53,286 nucleotides of DNA, taken from the NCBI GenBank assembly GCA_937936325.1, contig CALGWV010000033.1, forward strand, positions 1 through 53,286. Reading direction: 5' to 3'. The DNA is from an uncultured Bdellovibrionales bacterium. GTDB lineage: Bacteria; Bdellovibrionota; Bdellovibrionia; Bdellovibrionales; UBA1609. The position numbers and the translations under genes were made by a program. Shown piece after piece: positions 1 through 10,255 of the stretch; within the stretch, counting starts at the first letter, position 1, and each line of letters begins with the position of its first letter. The notes below the pieces were generated by a model. It was not told where the DNA came from. It saw only the letters and a list, made by a program, of their open reading frames with translations, and did no database searches.

Positions 1-173
1 CCGGTGGAATCAGCTTTGCCAACATCAACACCAAAAATGGCAAGCTCGCAGGCCCTTCAAGCACCCACAGCCTCCGCCAAGCTTTCAGAGCCGGCGAAGT
101 TCCCACCGAAAGAAGCTCCGAAGCCGACAGCCTAGAAGACCAATCCTTTTTCAAAGATGATCTTTCTGGGTAG
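1..173 (+). CDS. 3' end of a CDS entering from the left edge (product unknown; frame uncertain)
   Basis: All three + frames are open from nt 1 (stops at 133-135, 158-160, 171-173), while the - frames are interrupted. Frame 3 (...SLEDQSFFKDDLSG-stop) shows the clearest purine-N-pyrimidine codon periodicity. The segment is visibly more GC-rich than the rest of the window. Confidence 0.3.
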   Translation, partial: GGISFANINTKNGKLAGPSSTHSLRQAFRAGEVPTERSSEADSLEDQSFFKDDLSG

Positions 174-211
174 GGGTTTATATTATCTCTGCCTTCTAGA
201 TCTGTTAAGCT

Positions 212-3031
212 GTGGGGATGAGTTTACATAAAAATATCATTTTAAAAAATATCACCGAAAACAACCTTAAAGGCATTGATGTGAGTATCCCATTAGGGTC
301 CTTCAATGTGATTTGTGGGCCCAGTGGATCTGGAAAAAGCTCTTTGGCTTTTAAGACCCTGTATGCCGAAGGCCAAAGGCGTTATATCGAAAGCCTTTCT
401 AATTACTCCAAACAGTTCATTCAAAAATCTCCCAAGCCCGAGGTGGAAGAGGTTCATAATATTCCACCCGCTTTGGCCCTGACTCAAAAAAATGGAGTGA
501 AGAACTCTCGCTCCACTGTGGGCAGCCACACCGAACTGCTGGATCATTTAAGAGTTTTCTACTCCCAAGTTGGACGTGCCCAGTGCCCTACCCATAATAT
601 GGACATGCAGAGTTTTTCTCCAGAGAGCATCGCTGAATTTTTGGAAGTCAACCAAAACAACAAAAGGGGCTATCTCATTTGCGCTCTCCCCGCTGAGATA
701 CCTCAAGCTGAAAAAGAATCTCTCATTAAAATTATTTTCAAACAGGGTTTTGAAAAATGTGTCAAACTTAAGCACCCCGAGTGGAAAAAAGGCCATTTGT
801 TCTGCAAAACTGAGACACTAGAAAGATTGAACATTTTAGACCTCCTCGAGTCTATGGAATCTATTTACCTTATTGTTGATCGACTGGCCATTGACTCTAA
901 AGACTCAAGTCGTTTATTTGACTCTATTCGCCAGGCCCTAAATCTTTCTTTAAAAATAAATACTCAAACAGTACATGGTGAAGTTTATTTTTTGAATACT
1001 GAAAACGAGCTTTATAGATTTTCAGAAGATCACTCTTGCCCTATTTGTGATGCGAGCTTGCCCCCAATGAGGCCACAGCTGTTTTCCTATAATAGTCCAT
1101 TAGGGGCTTGCTCGAGTTGTAAGGGTTTTGGAAATTTAATGGAACTCGATGAAGCCAAGGTCGTCCCGGTCCCAAGCTTAAGCTTGGCCGCCGGCGCTTT
1201 AAAGCCACTGTCCATGCCCTCTGGAGCCAATGATTTTAAAAAAATGAATACTTTTTGCAAAGAACATGGAATCAATAGACATCTTGCTTGGGAAAATCTC
1301 TCAGACGAGGACAAGGATCTTATCTGGAATGGTGACGACACATGGTTTGGAATCGCGGGGCTTTTTAATTATTTAGAAACAAAAAAATACAAAATGCATG
1401 TCCGTGTTTATTTATCTCGATTTAAAAGCGCTTTTGCCTGTGAATCTTGTTTTGGAAAAAGACTCCGACCAGAGGTCAATGAAATTTATTTTAACTCAAA
1501 AAACTTTAATGAACTTTGTGATCTGCCTTTTAATGAACTTTTAGATTTTTTTAAACAGGTCGACCCCAAGATTCAAAAAGACCATAAAGAGGTTTACAGT
1601 CAAATCCGTGGCCGTCTCCAGTGCTTAATGGACGTGGGCCTCAGTTACTTAAGTCTCATGCGTGAAACTAGAACACTCAGTGGTGGTGAGTTTCAAAGAA
1701 TGAACTTGGCCCACCAGCTTGGCATGGGTTTGTCTCAAAGTCTTTTTGTATTAGATGAACCTACAGTAGGCCTCCATCCCAGAGACAATACTCGGCTCAT
1801 CCATATCTTAAAATCTCTTCATGGTTTAGGGAATACTCTCGTTGTTGTTGAACATGATGGTGATGTGATACGCCAAAGCGAACGTGTTTTAGAACTGGGC
1901 CCCGGGTCTGGAGCTCAAGGAGGAGAGTTGCTTTTCGATGGTGTTGTTAAGAATTTTCTTAAATCAAAAAACTCACTCACTGCAGGTCATCTCAACAAAA
2001 AACAGGTGGCCCTAGTCACAGAAAAAAAGAAATCTCAAAAATGGCTGAGTCTCACCAAGGCCATGGGGCATAACTTAAAATCTGTGGATTTAAAAATACC
2101 CCTTCAACAAATGACTGTGGTGAGCGGTGTTAGTGGATCTGGAAAGTCATCTCTCATCGTAGACACCCTCTATAGAAGTCTGCAAGAGCAGTTTCAACTT
2201 GAATCTAAGCCCAGCTTAAAACATGGATCTCTCAAAGGCTATGAAACTTTAAAAAACATAGTCCTTATGGATCAATCTTCTGCCGCAAAAAATGCGAGAT
2301 CCACCCCAGCAACTTATCTTAAAGTTTTTGACCCCATCAGAGAGCTTTTTGCCGATACTTTTGAGTCTAAAGCCAGGGGCTATAAACCTGGATTCTTTAG
2401 CCTCAATGTCAAAGCAGGAGGACGCTGCCCTACCTGTGAGGGCTTAGGCTATGAACTCATAGAAATGGTTTTTATGGATGATCTTAAGCTTGAATGCGAG
2501 AGCTGCAAAGGTTTAAAATTTAAAGCTGAAACTTTAGATGTGAAATTCAATGGTTTAAATATTCATGAAGTTCTAAATTTAACGGCACAAGAAGCTCTTC
2601 AGTTTTTTACGGCTTTTTCTCGTATTCGAAAACCTTTGAATATTCTTAAAGAAGTGGGGATGGAGTATATAAAACTAGGGCAATCCTTGTCTAGCCTTAG
2701 CGGTGGGGAAAACCAAAGGCTCAAGCTCTCGAAATACCTGCTCCAGTCTGATTTTGAAAATACATTATTTGTTTTAGACGAACCCACAACCGGTCTTCAC
2801 TTTAGAGAGATAGAGCTTTTAACAAAATTATTTCACAAGATGGTAGATGCTGGGGCCACACTCATTGTTATAGAGCACAATCTCGATGTGATCGCTAAAG
2901 CCCATTGGGTGATTGATCTAGGACCTGAAGCTGGACCTGATGGAGGCTCTATTGTTTATGAAGGATCGCCTACAGCTCTGGCACAACATGCCGGGTGGAC
3001 TGGTCAATATCTAAAGACTCATTTAACTTAA
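212..3031 (+). CDS. uvrA: UvrA-family excinuclease ABC subunit A (full length but divergent)
   Basis: 939 aa. Two ABC modules (Walker A GPSGSGKSSLAF and GVSGSGKSSLI; signatures LSGGEFQR and LSGGENQR; Walker B VLDEPT twice). UvrA N-terminal motif YAEGQRRYIESLS. Cys4 zinc modules (CPICD...CSSCKGFG; CESCFGKR; CPTCEGLG...CESCKG). The start may be the ATG at 218 instead of the GTG at 212. Confidence 0.85.
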   Translation: MGMSLHKNIILKNITENNLKGIDVSIPLGSFNVICGPSGSGKSSLAFKTLYAEGQRRYIESLSNYSKQFIQKSPKPEVEEVHNIPPALALTQKNGVKNSRSTVGSHTELLDHLRVFYSQVGRAQCPTHNMDMQSFSPESIAEFLEVNQNNKRGYLICALPAEIPQAEKESLIKIIFKQGFEKCVKLKHPEWKKGHLFCKTETLERLNILDLLESMESIYLIVDRLAIDSKDSSRLFDSIRQALNLSLKINTQTVHGEVYFLNTENELYRFSEDHSCPICDASLPPMRPQLFSYNSPLGACSSCKGFGNLMELDEAKVVPVPSLSLAAGALKPLSMPSGANDFKKMNTFCKEHGINRHLAWENLSDEDKDLIWNGDDTWFGIAGLFNYLETKKYKMHVRVYLSRFKSAFACESCFGKRLRPEVNEIYFNSKNFNELCDLPFNELLDFFKQVDPKIQKDHKEVYSQIRGRLQCLMDVGLSYLSLMRETRTLSGGEFQRMNLAHQLGMGLSQSLFVLDEPTVGLHPRDNTRLIHILKSLHGLGNTLVVVEHDGDVIRQSERVLELGPGSGAQGGELLFDGVVKNFLKSKNSLTAGHLNKKQVALVTEKKKSQKWLSLTKAMGHNLKSVDLKIPLQQMTVVSGVSGSGKSSLIVDTLYRSLQEQFQLESKPSLKHGSLKGYETLKNIVLMDQSSAAKNARSTPATYLKVFDPIRELFADTFESKARGYKPGFFSLNVKAGGRCPTCEGLGYELIEMVFMDDLKLECESCKGLKFKAETLDVKFNGLNIHEVLNLTAQEALQFFTAFSRIRKPLNILKEVGMEYIKLGQSLSSLSGGENQRLKLSKYLLQSDFENTLFVLDEPTTGLHFREIELLTKLFHKMVDAGATLIVIEHNLDVIAKAHWVIDLGPEAGPDGGSIVYEGSPTALAQHAGWTGQYLKTHLT

Positions 3032-3034
3032 GCT

Positions 3035-4786
3035 ATGTTTAAAATATTTTGGTGGGATGTCAAAAAACACCTAAAAACTGTATTGATACTTGTGGGTCTT
3101 GGCGCACTTGCTGGCCTCTCAAAAGCCAGTGTGACCCCCCTTATTCAAAGATTTTTTAAACACCTTGAATACCCAAACACTCCTGAGTGGGTCTCTAATG
3201 AGCTTGTACTCATTCCAGTTTGCATTGCTTTTGTTTGGATTTTTGCTAATTTATTCAGGTATTTAGTTAACAGAGGGATTTACTTAATATCAGAAAAAAT
3301 AGCACTGGATCTCAGGCAAAAGCTTCTAAGTTCTTACTTAAAAGCCCCGATGAGCTACTTTCAAAATAATACTCAAAATTCAGGCGGCCTCATTAGTCAT
3401 ATGCTTAATGATATTTTAGTGATTCAACATGGTCACTCCAGAGTCTCGGATCTTTTAAAAGAACCGGTGACCTTAAGCTTTAGTTTAGCTTATCTGCTCT
3501 ATCTCAATTGGCAGTTCACTTTATTTTTACTAGCCACACTGCCTGTAAGCCTGATTATAATTTCAAAGTTTTCAAAATCTCTACGTGGATATAGCTTTAC
3601 CAATCAAAAATCTATGGAACACCTAAGCACAACACTTAAAGAAACACTGGATGGCTCTCGGATTATTAAGTCTTACAATTTAGAAAACCACATGAAAAGC
3701 AGATTTGAAAAACAGTGCCAACACTTCTACTCTACCAAGAAAAAAATCATCACAGCAGAAGAGCTATCTGGCCCCCTTTCTGAGTCGCTGACCGCTATGA
3801 TTTTTTCTGGAATTTTAATTTATATCTCAGACATTATTCAAAGTGGTGGGATGAGTGTGGGTGATTTTACCACTTATATTGCCGGTGTCTTTTTATGTAC
3901 AGATGCTGCTAAAAAAATCCAAAATGCTGTTGTAAAGCTACAACAGAGCTTAGTCGGTCGCACTCGAATACAGTCTATTTTTGATCAAATTGAAGACTCC
4001 TTACCCCCAGAAGGACATATTGAATTTCCAAAAAATTGGAATGAAATTAAGTTCCAAGACGTGAGCCTTCAAATTGGGAAAAAGTCTATTTTGAAGAATG
4101 TGAGCTTTACAATTAAAAAAGGTCAAAAGGTGGCTCTGGTTGGAGCCAGTGGAAGTGGAAAAACTAGTTTGCTGAATTTGTTAGAAAAGTTTATGACTCC
4201 AACATCTGGTGAAATATTCCTAGATCAAACACCCATCAGGGCTATTACAAATCAAAGCCTTCGCTCGTCTTTAGCGCTGGTCTCACAAGATATCTTTTTG
4301 TTTAATGAAAGTATCAAAAATAATATTTTATTTGGAAGAGAGTGTTCCCAGGCTGAAATTGAAAAAGTCTCTAAACTCGCCCAAGCCCATAATTTTATTA
4401 AACAAAAACAAGATCAGTACGAAGAAAATGTAGGAGATTTTGGTCAACAGCTTTCAGGGGGAGAAAAACAAAGAATTAGTATTGCACGCGCCTTACTTAA
4501 AGATTCACCTATATTATTATTAGATGAGCCCACAAGTGCATTAGATAATTTTAGTGAATATGAAGTTCAAAAAGCCTTAGAAGAGCTCATGAAAAACAAA
4601 ACCTCCATCATCGTAGCTCACAAGCTCTCCAGCATTCAAAAAGCAGATCTCATCTTAGTTCTTGAAGAAGGTGAAATAAAAGAAAGAGGCACCCATCAGG
4701 AGCTTATAGACCATCGTGGCCTATATCACAAGCTGTACACATCAACTTTGGCGCAGACTAGGTTCACAATACCAAAGCGACTTTAG
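3035..4786 (+). CDS. ABC exporter, fused permease/ATPase (MsbA-like type I exporter)
   Basis: 583 aa. Hydrophobic N-terminal half with about 6 TM segments. C-terminal NBD with Walker A GASGSGKTS, signature LSGGEKQR and Walker B ILLLDEPTSALD. Starts 3 nt after the uvrA stop. Confidence 0.85.
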   Translation: MFKIFWWDVKKHLKTVLILVGLGALAGLSKASVTPLIQRFFKHLEYPNTPEWVSNELVLIPVCIAFVWIFANLFRYLVNRGIYLISEKIALDLRQKLLSSYLKAPMSYFQNNTQNSGGLISHMLNDILVIQHGHSRVSDLLKEPVTLSFSLAYLLYLNWQFTLFLLATLPVSLIIISKFSKSLRGYSFTNQKSMEHLSTTLKETLDGSRIIKSYNLENHMKSRFEKQCQHFYSTKKKIITAEELSGPLSESLTAMIFSGILIYISDIIQSGGMSVGDFTTYIAGVFLCTDAAKKIQNAVVKLQQSLVGRTRIQSIFDQIEDSLPPEGHIEFPKNWNEIKFQDVSLQIGKKSILKNVSFTIKKGQKVALVGASGSGKTSLLNLLEKFMTPTSGEIFLDQTPIRAITNQSLRSSLALVSQDIFLFNESIKNNILFGRECSQAEIEKVSKLAQAHNFIKQKQDQYEENVGDFGQQLSGGEKQRISIARALLKDSPILLLDEPTSALDNFSEYEVQKALEELMKNKTSIIVAHKLSSIQKADLILVLEEGEIKERGTHQELIDHRGLYHKLYTSTLAQTRFTIPKRL

Positions 4787-4832
4787 TATTAAAAAATACT
4801 TCAAAAGGTGCCTGGCACCAAAGTTTTGTCAT

Positions 4833-5936
4833 TTAATAAAAATGAGAGTTGAAAATGTCTGTTCCTACTTTAAGTCTTTTGGTTAGCGTTGCTTCTTTGA
4901 GTTTAGATTTTAAGTCCCACTTTAAACCAGATTTCAAAAGTTGAGTTTGTGAGTCGATAATATCTACTCTTTCGTAAAGACCTGCTTCAATAAATTTTTT
5001 ATGTGTTTCATAACCGCCTTCTACAAAGACGCTATGAATATCCAAATTCTGCTTAAGTATTCTAAGTAAATTGTGAAGATCAAAAGCTTTGTCTTTTGAA
5101 AAACTCACTGAGATCCAGCGAACATCGGATTTTTTTAATATTGAGCTGTACTTGCTCTTCAGAGCTTTGTCATAAAATATATACGTATTTTTTGCTTCTC
5201 TTACTTTTAATAAATTTGAATTATTAATAATTTCTAATGATTTTAAGCTTGGATCTAAAACAACAACTTTATTTTGACTTGAAAAACCAGGATGTCTTAC
5301 GTTTAGCTTCGGGTTGTCTTTAAGCAAGGTGTTTACACCAATGAGCACAGCCTCACATCCAGCTCGATTTTTGTGCATTTCTTGACTGGCTTCTAGAGAG
5401 CTGATTTGCACAGTCGCCCCATCCTGGTTGATAAATCTGTCCTTACTTAAGGCCACCTTTAAATGCACATAAGCTCCATCACTCACAACAGATTTAAAAA
5501 ATTTATGATTCAGTAAATAGTTTTTATTTTCTAAGATTTGATTTTTATAATGCTCTACTTTTATTCCTGATTTTTTTAATATTTTTTCACCGCGACCTGA
5601 AACCAAAGGATTGGGGTCCTTAGTTAAGTATACAAGCTTACCAATAGGCAGTTGAGCTAGAGTTTGAGCACAAGATGGAGTTAAGCCTTGGTGGGCACAG
5701 GGCTCAAGACTTACAAAAATAGTGGCTCCTTCTAATTCCTCATTATTTTTAATTGAGTTCAAGGCATTGATTTCAGCATGGGCTTGTCCATAAATTTTAT
5801 GTACTCCCTCAGATATCCATTCATTTTTTTTATTATATATAGAGCAACCCACCATGGGGTTTCTGAGGGTAAAGGGATAGGCTTCTTCAGCTAAATCTAA
5901 ACAATGATTAAAAATAGAATTATAATCTAATGGCAT
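4833..5936 (-). CDS. ribD: bifunctional riboflavin biosynthesis deaminase/reductase RibD
   Basis: Cytidine-deaminase zinc motifs HAEINAL and SLEPCAHQG in the N-terminal half, followed by a RibD_C-type reductase half. 367 aa. Confidence 0.85.
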   Translation of the reverse strand: MPLDYNSIFNHCLDLAEEAYPFTLRNPMVGCSIYNKKNEWISEGVHKIYGQAHAEINALNSIKNNEELEGATIFVSLEPCAHQGLTPSCAQTLAQLPIGKLVYLTKDPNPLVSGRGEKILKKSGIKVEHYKNQILENKNYLLNHKFFKSVVSDGAYVHLKVALSKDRFINQDGATVQISSLEASQEMHKNRAGCEAVLIGVNTLLKDNPKLNVRHPGFSSQNKVVVLDPSLKSLEIINNSNLLKVREAKNTYIFYDKALKSKYSSILKKSDVRWISVSFSKDKAFDLHNLLRILKQNLDIHSVFVEGGYETHKKFIEAGLYERVDIIDSQTQLLKSGLKWDLKSKLKEATLTKRLKVGTDIFNSHFY

Positions 5937-5949
5937 TTAATACCTAAGC

Positions 5950-7053
5950 TTACTCCATCCAACTTTTCCAGTAATTTGGATTTTCCATAGCTTGAAGATC
6001 TGGAGCCATTTTTAATGGGACCTTAGAATCCAACATCAAAGCATATTCATCAGTATGTGTTTTCTTTTTCACACTTTGTACAGCTTTAGGATGAGGACCA
6101 TGGGGAAAACCAGCTGGATGTAGAGTCATCATACCTGCATGGAGGTTATCTCGGCTAAAGAAATCTCCATCGTGATAAAACAACACTTCATCGTAATCAA
6201 TATTCTGATGATAAAAGGGAACCTTCAGCGCATCTTCATCTTCTTCTAGAGGGCGTGGCAAGAAAGAGCATATAACAAAATCTCTTCCAACAAAATTAGT
6301 ATGGGCACTGGGTGGCAAGTGTGACCTGTGGCTCATCAACGGCATCATATCATGCATAGAAAGAGTATAAGGAAACAAATCCCCTTTCCAGCCTATAGTA
6401 TCAAAAATATTTGAGCTATAAATAAATTTTGTTGTCTCGTTCAAACGTTTTACATCTACTTGATCCACACTGAAATCAACCTGGCCCATTTCATGGTGTA
6501 AGAGATCTAAATTGGGCTTCCCGAGGGCTTGGATGTCATATACGGCATGACGCCCTACCATTCCTCTATCTGGCTCTCTAAAATGGGAGTTTTTATTTTG
6601 AATCACAACACATTGAGTAGCCTCAAAAGCTCTGAAATAAAATGTGAGGCATTTTGGAATACAAACATAAGTTCCAGCTTCATAATTTAAAAGCCCATAC
6701 TCAGTCCAGACTTGGCCTTTGCCCTTATGGATAAAAAATAGTGTGTCACCATCTGCGTTTCTGTGAGCTACAGAGGTTTGAACAGTATCGAAGCTCCAGG
6801 TTCCGAGACTTACGCTATCGTTAAAGAGATACTCACTCCAAGGAGAGTTGAACTTTTTCAGACTAGGGACCAAATCAAAAAGTCTTGGTTTTAGTGGCCC
6901 CTGAATATCCACCCAGCGGGTGCTGGGTTCGGGCTTAATAAGGTGAGAAACTGGGCCAAAAAAGCCGCCATGCCCCTGTTCTTCTTCAAACTGGCCTTCT
7001 GGTATGCCTTTATGGGCCTGTTTTGTGGGTTTACCTTGGGAGTAATGATGCAT
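5950..7053 (-). CDS. hmgA: homogentisate 1,2-dioxygenase (short bacterial form)
   Basis: Cupin-like core ...FYHQNIDYDEVLFYHDG...MTLHPAGFPHGPHP. The length (367 aa) and the position directly downstream of hppD fit the tyrosine-catabolism pair. Confidence 0.6.
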   Translation of the reverse strand: MHHYSQGKPTKQAHKGIPEGQFEEEQGHGGFFGPVSHLIKPEPSTRWVDIQGPLKPRLFDLVPSLKKFNSPWSEYLFNDSVSLGTWSFDTVQTSVAHRNADGDTLFFIHKGKGQVWTEYGLLNYEAGTYVCIPKCLTFYFRAFEATQCVVIQNKNSHFREPDRGMVGRHAVYDIQALGKPNLDLLHHEMGQVDFSVDQVDVKRLNETTKFIYSSNIFDTIGWKGDLFPYTLSMHDMMPLMSHRSHLPPSAHTNFVGRDFVICSFLPRPLEEDEDALKVPFYHQNIDYDEVLFYHDGDFFSRDNLHAGMMTLHPAGFPHGPHPKAVQSVKKKTHTDEYALMLDSKVPLKMAPDLQAMENPNYWKSWME

Positions 7054-7079
7054 AAGCCTGTCCCCTTTTAAAATTGCCG

Positions 7080-8147
7080 CTATAAATAACCGCGCTCTTT
7101 TTGATCTCTTTCAATGGCATCGAAAAGGGCTTGAAAATTCCCTTCTCCAAAACCCCAGTGGTTTTTTCTTTGGATGATTTCTATAAAAATCGGTCCCATC
7201 ATATTTTTCGTGAAAATTTGAAGCAAATAACCGGACTCATCTCCATCGACTAAAATCTTAAGTTCTTTCAAAGCTTCTATGTCTTCTTTTACATTTGGCA
7301 AGCGCTCTAAAAGATCTTCATAGTATGTGTCTGGCACATCTAAAAATTCCACTCCCTGCGCTCTCATGTTACGAACCGTTTCAACAATATCACCCGATGC
7401 TAGAGCAATATGCTGAATGCCAGAACCTTTATACTCATCTAGATACTCTTGAATTTGTGATTTGGAATCTGTGGGCTCATTAATCGGTATAGCTAGTTTT
7501 CCACAAGGAGACGACATCACTTTTGAAATTAAGCCTGTATTTTTTCCCTTAATATTGAAAAAACGAGTTTCTTTAAAGTTGAATATATTTTCGTAAAAAT
7601 CACACCACTGCTGCATTTCACCAACAGGGACATTGTTTGTCATATGATCAATGTGCTTCAGACTAAAACCTTTTATTGTTTTGTCTTCTGAAAGCCACTC
7701 AAAATCTCTTTCATAAATATCGGCTGTCTTTGAATCTATAAAATAGACCAATGAACTCCCAATCCCATATATCGCCGGAAGCACCCCTTGATCTTTGCGG
7801 TCCGCATAAGCGACTCCGCCATTTTTTAAGGCCTGAGTAAATGCCTCAATTTTATCCTCAACTTTCAAGCCCATAGCACAGGCTGCTGGACCATGTGTAG
7901 CTGTAAAATCACTGGCGAAACTATCCGGAGTGTCATTTACTAAAAATGTGATTTGCCCCTGCCTATAGAGTGAAACCTTAAGGTTTTTATGCTCAGCCAA
8001 CTTTTTAAAACCCATCTTAGGCATAAGTTCATGAACACCCTGCCCCGCGAATTCAACAAATTCAGCTCCATTTATTTGCAGGGGGTTTTCCCATGTTCTT
8101 TCCGTTGATTTTACTTCAAGTTCACAAAGGCTTTCAGATTCCATCAT
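7080..8147 (-). CDS. hppD: 4-hydroxyphenylpyruvate dioxygenase
   Basis: Two VOC modules and the typical C-terminal region GSGIQHIAL...LLQIFT...PIFIEIIQR...GFGEGNFQALFDAIERDQ. 355 aa. Confidence 0.85.
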   Translation of the reverse strand: MMESESLCELEVKSTERTWENPLQINGAEFVEFAGQGVHELMPKMGFKKLAEHKNLKVSLYRQGQITFLVNDTPDSFASDFTATHGPAACAMGLKVEDKIEAFTQALKNGGVAYADRKDQGVLPAIYGIGSSLVYFIDSKTADIYERDFEWLSEDKTIKGFSLKHIDHMTNNVPVGEMQQWCDFYENIFNFKETRFFNIKGKNTGLISKVMSSPCGKLAIPINEPTDSKSQIQEYLDEYKGSGIQHIALASGDIVETVRNMRAQGVEFLDVPDTYYEDLLERLPNVKEDIEALKELKILVDGDESGYLLQIFTKNMMGPIFIEIIQRKNHWGFGEGNFQALFDAIERDQKERGYL

Positions 8148-8179
8148 AATTTACTCCCGGTGTCTTCTGACAGATAAAT

Positions 8180-10255
8180 ATGTTAATTTATAAAAGTCAA
8201 ATTATGATAAAAACTTCTAATAAAAACCATTTTAACGATAGAGAACTTGCCTGGCTCGCCTTTAACGAGAGGGTCCTCCAGCAAGCTGAAGATTTAAGGC
8301 TTCCATTGCTTGAGAGACTCAAGTTTTTGGCAATATATCAGAGTAATCTGGACGAGTTTTACATGAAAAGAATCTCTGTCATTCGAGCTCGAGCCCTCAA
8401 AAGACAAGACTCAAACGAAATCAGCAGACTGGAGCAAATTTACACTCTCTGCCGTCAACATTATGACAGAGCTTTCGAAACTTATAAACAGGATATTAAG
8501 CCTTCACTAGCCAAAAACGGTCTCAAAATTACATCCTGGGAAGATCTCAGCTCTTCAGAAAAGAAGAAAATCACATCTTACTTTAAACAAAACATTTTAC
8601 CCGTACTCACTCCCATTACTGTAGATCAAGGACACCCCTTCCCTCATATTTCAAGCCTTTCCTTATCTTTGGCCCTAAAATTAGAAAAACACACTGGTGG
8701 AGAGCCCTTTTTTGCTAGAGTTAAAATCCCTAAAATCTTTCCTGTTTTCTTAGAAGTTCAGCGAAAAGGAAACCAGAAAAGTTTTGTGAGCATATTGGGA
8801 GTGATTCGACACCACATCTCCATGCTATTTAATGGGTCTAAAGTTCTCTCTACCCTCGCCTTTAGAATCACACGAAATATAGAATTTGAAAGAGACGAGG
8901 AAGAAGCTGAAGATCTCCTTCAAATGATTGCTGATGAACTTAAAGAAAGGCGCTTTGGTCACACTGTCAAAATGGAGTGCGAATCTGACTCAGACCCTTG
9001 GCTATTAGATATTTTAAAAGCTGAACTGCAAATCCATGGTCAAGACATCTATCAAAATCATGGTCCTTTAGACTATTCTGATTTCAATCAAATTGCTCAA
9101 TCAGGCTCGTCACGTTTGAAGTTTAGAAATTGGTCAGGGCTTGTCCCTAAGGAGTTTCAAAAATCCAATTCTAACTCTTTGTTTTCGACTCTGAGACGAC
9201 GAGATATACTCTTGCACCATCCCTATGAAAGCTACAAACACACCACTGAAGAGCTTATAAAAACAGCGGCCTCAGATCCAAAAGTTTTGGGAATCAAAGT
9301 CTCTTTATACAGGACCGACAAAGATAGTCGGCTCATTCAAGCCTTGATCGAAGCCATAGAAAACGGCAAAGAAGTTGTTTGTGTCATCGAGCTTAAAGCT
9401 CGATTAGATGAGGCCAACAATATTGGATGGGCGACGACCTTAGAGCAAGCTGGTGCTCATATTATTTACGGCATGGTTGGGCTAAAAACTCATTGCAAGC
9501 TTATTTTAATTACCCGAAAAGAACCTAGAGGCCTGAAGTGCTACACCCATATTGGAACAGGAAACTACAATGCGACAACCTCAGGGGTTTATACTGATTT
9601 GGGCCTGTTGACCTCAAAATCAAGTATCACTTCAGAAGTTGTCGAAGTCTTTCATTACCTTACCGGAAAAGCTGAGCCTGCTGGATTTAAAGAGCTTTTA
9701 GTGGCTCCATTTAACTTACGAGAACAGCTTACTGATTTAATTTCGACTGAAATTTCAAACCATAAAAACAAGAAACCTTCAGGGATTAAATTCAAGTTAA
9801 ACAATCTGGAAGACCGAAAAATAGCTTCTAAAATTATTGAAGCTGCTAAGTCAGGAGTGCACGTTGAGCTTTATGTTCGAGGTATATGCGTCATTAAGCC
9901 CACGAAAAACCTCGTCATTAAATCCGTAGTGGATCAATTTTTAGAGCATAGCCGCATCCTATACTTTAGGTCGGGAGAATCACAAGAGCGATATGGGAAA
10001 GTATACATAGGCTCCGCAGATTTAATGACTCGAAATTTGGACCGGCGTGTTGAAGTTCATGCGCCTATTCAATCTATCAAACTCAAAACTCAGATCCTCA
10101 ACATCTTTGAATGCATTAAAACTGATAACACTCAAAGTTGGGTTATGAATAACGATGGGGCTTACTCCAGAACTGTTTTAGGTTCGGATGAAAAACCTAT
10201 TAATTTTCAGGCTAGTTTAAAAAAATATTATCAGAAAAAACACAAGAGGTCTTAA
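8180..10255 (+). CDS. ppk1: polyphosphate kinase 1
   Basis: N-terminal NDRELAWLAFNERVLQQAED and LDEFYMKR motifs. Collinear by eye with E. coli PPK through the two PLD-like C-terminal domains (LKTHCKLILI, LEHSRILYF). The start could be the ATG at 8204. Confidence 0.9.
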   Translation: MLIYKSQIMIKTSNKNHFNDRELAWLAFNERVLQQAEDLRLPLLERLKFLAIYQSNLDEFYMKRISVIRARALKRQDSNEISRLEQIYTLCRQHYDRAFETYKQDIKPSLAKNGLKITSWEDLSSSEKKKITSYFKQNILPVLTPITVDQGHPFPHISSLSLSLALKLEKHTGGEPFFARVKIPKIFPVFLEVQRKGNQKSFVSILGVIRHHISMLFNGSKVLSTLAFRITRNIEFERDEEEAEDLLQMIADELKERRFGHTVKMECESDSDPWLLDILKAELQIHGQDIYQNHGPLDYSDFNQIAQSGSSRLKFRNWSGLVPKEFQKSNSNSLFSTLRRRDILLHHPYESYKHTTEELIKTAASDPKVLGIKVSLYRTDKDSRLIQALIEAIENGKEVVCVIELKARLDEANNIGWATTLEQAGAHIIYGMVGLKTHCKLILITRKEPRGLKCYTHIGTGNYNATTSGVYTDLGLLTSKSSITSEVVEVFHYLTGKAEPAGFKELLVAPFNLREQLTDLISTEISNHKNKKPSGIKFKLNNLEDRKIASKIIEAAKSGVHVELYVRGICVIKPTKNLVIKSVVDQFLEHSRILYFRSGESQERYGKVYIGSADLMTRNLDRRVEVHAPIQSIKLKTQILNIFECIKTDNTQSWVMNNDGAYSRTVLGSDEKPINFQASLKKYYQKKHKRS

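Noticed and set aside
4813-4818. TGGCAC hexamers resembling sigma-54 -24 elements at 4813-4818, 28811-28816 and 46304-46309.
   Set aside because: None has a GC dinucleotide at the obligatory spacing (GG-N10-GC). The first is part of a terminator palindrome between convergent genes. The others have no appropriately oriented downstream gene.
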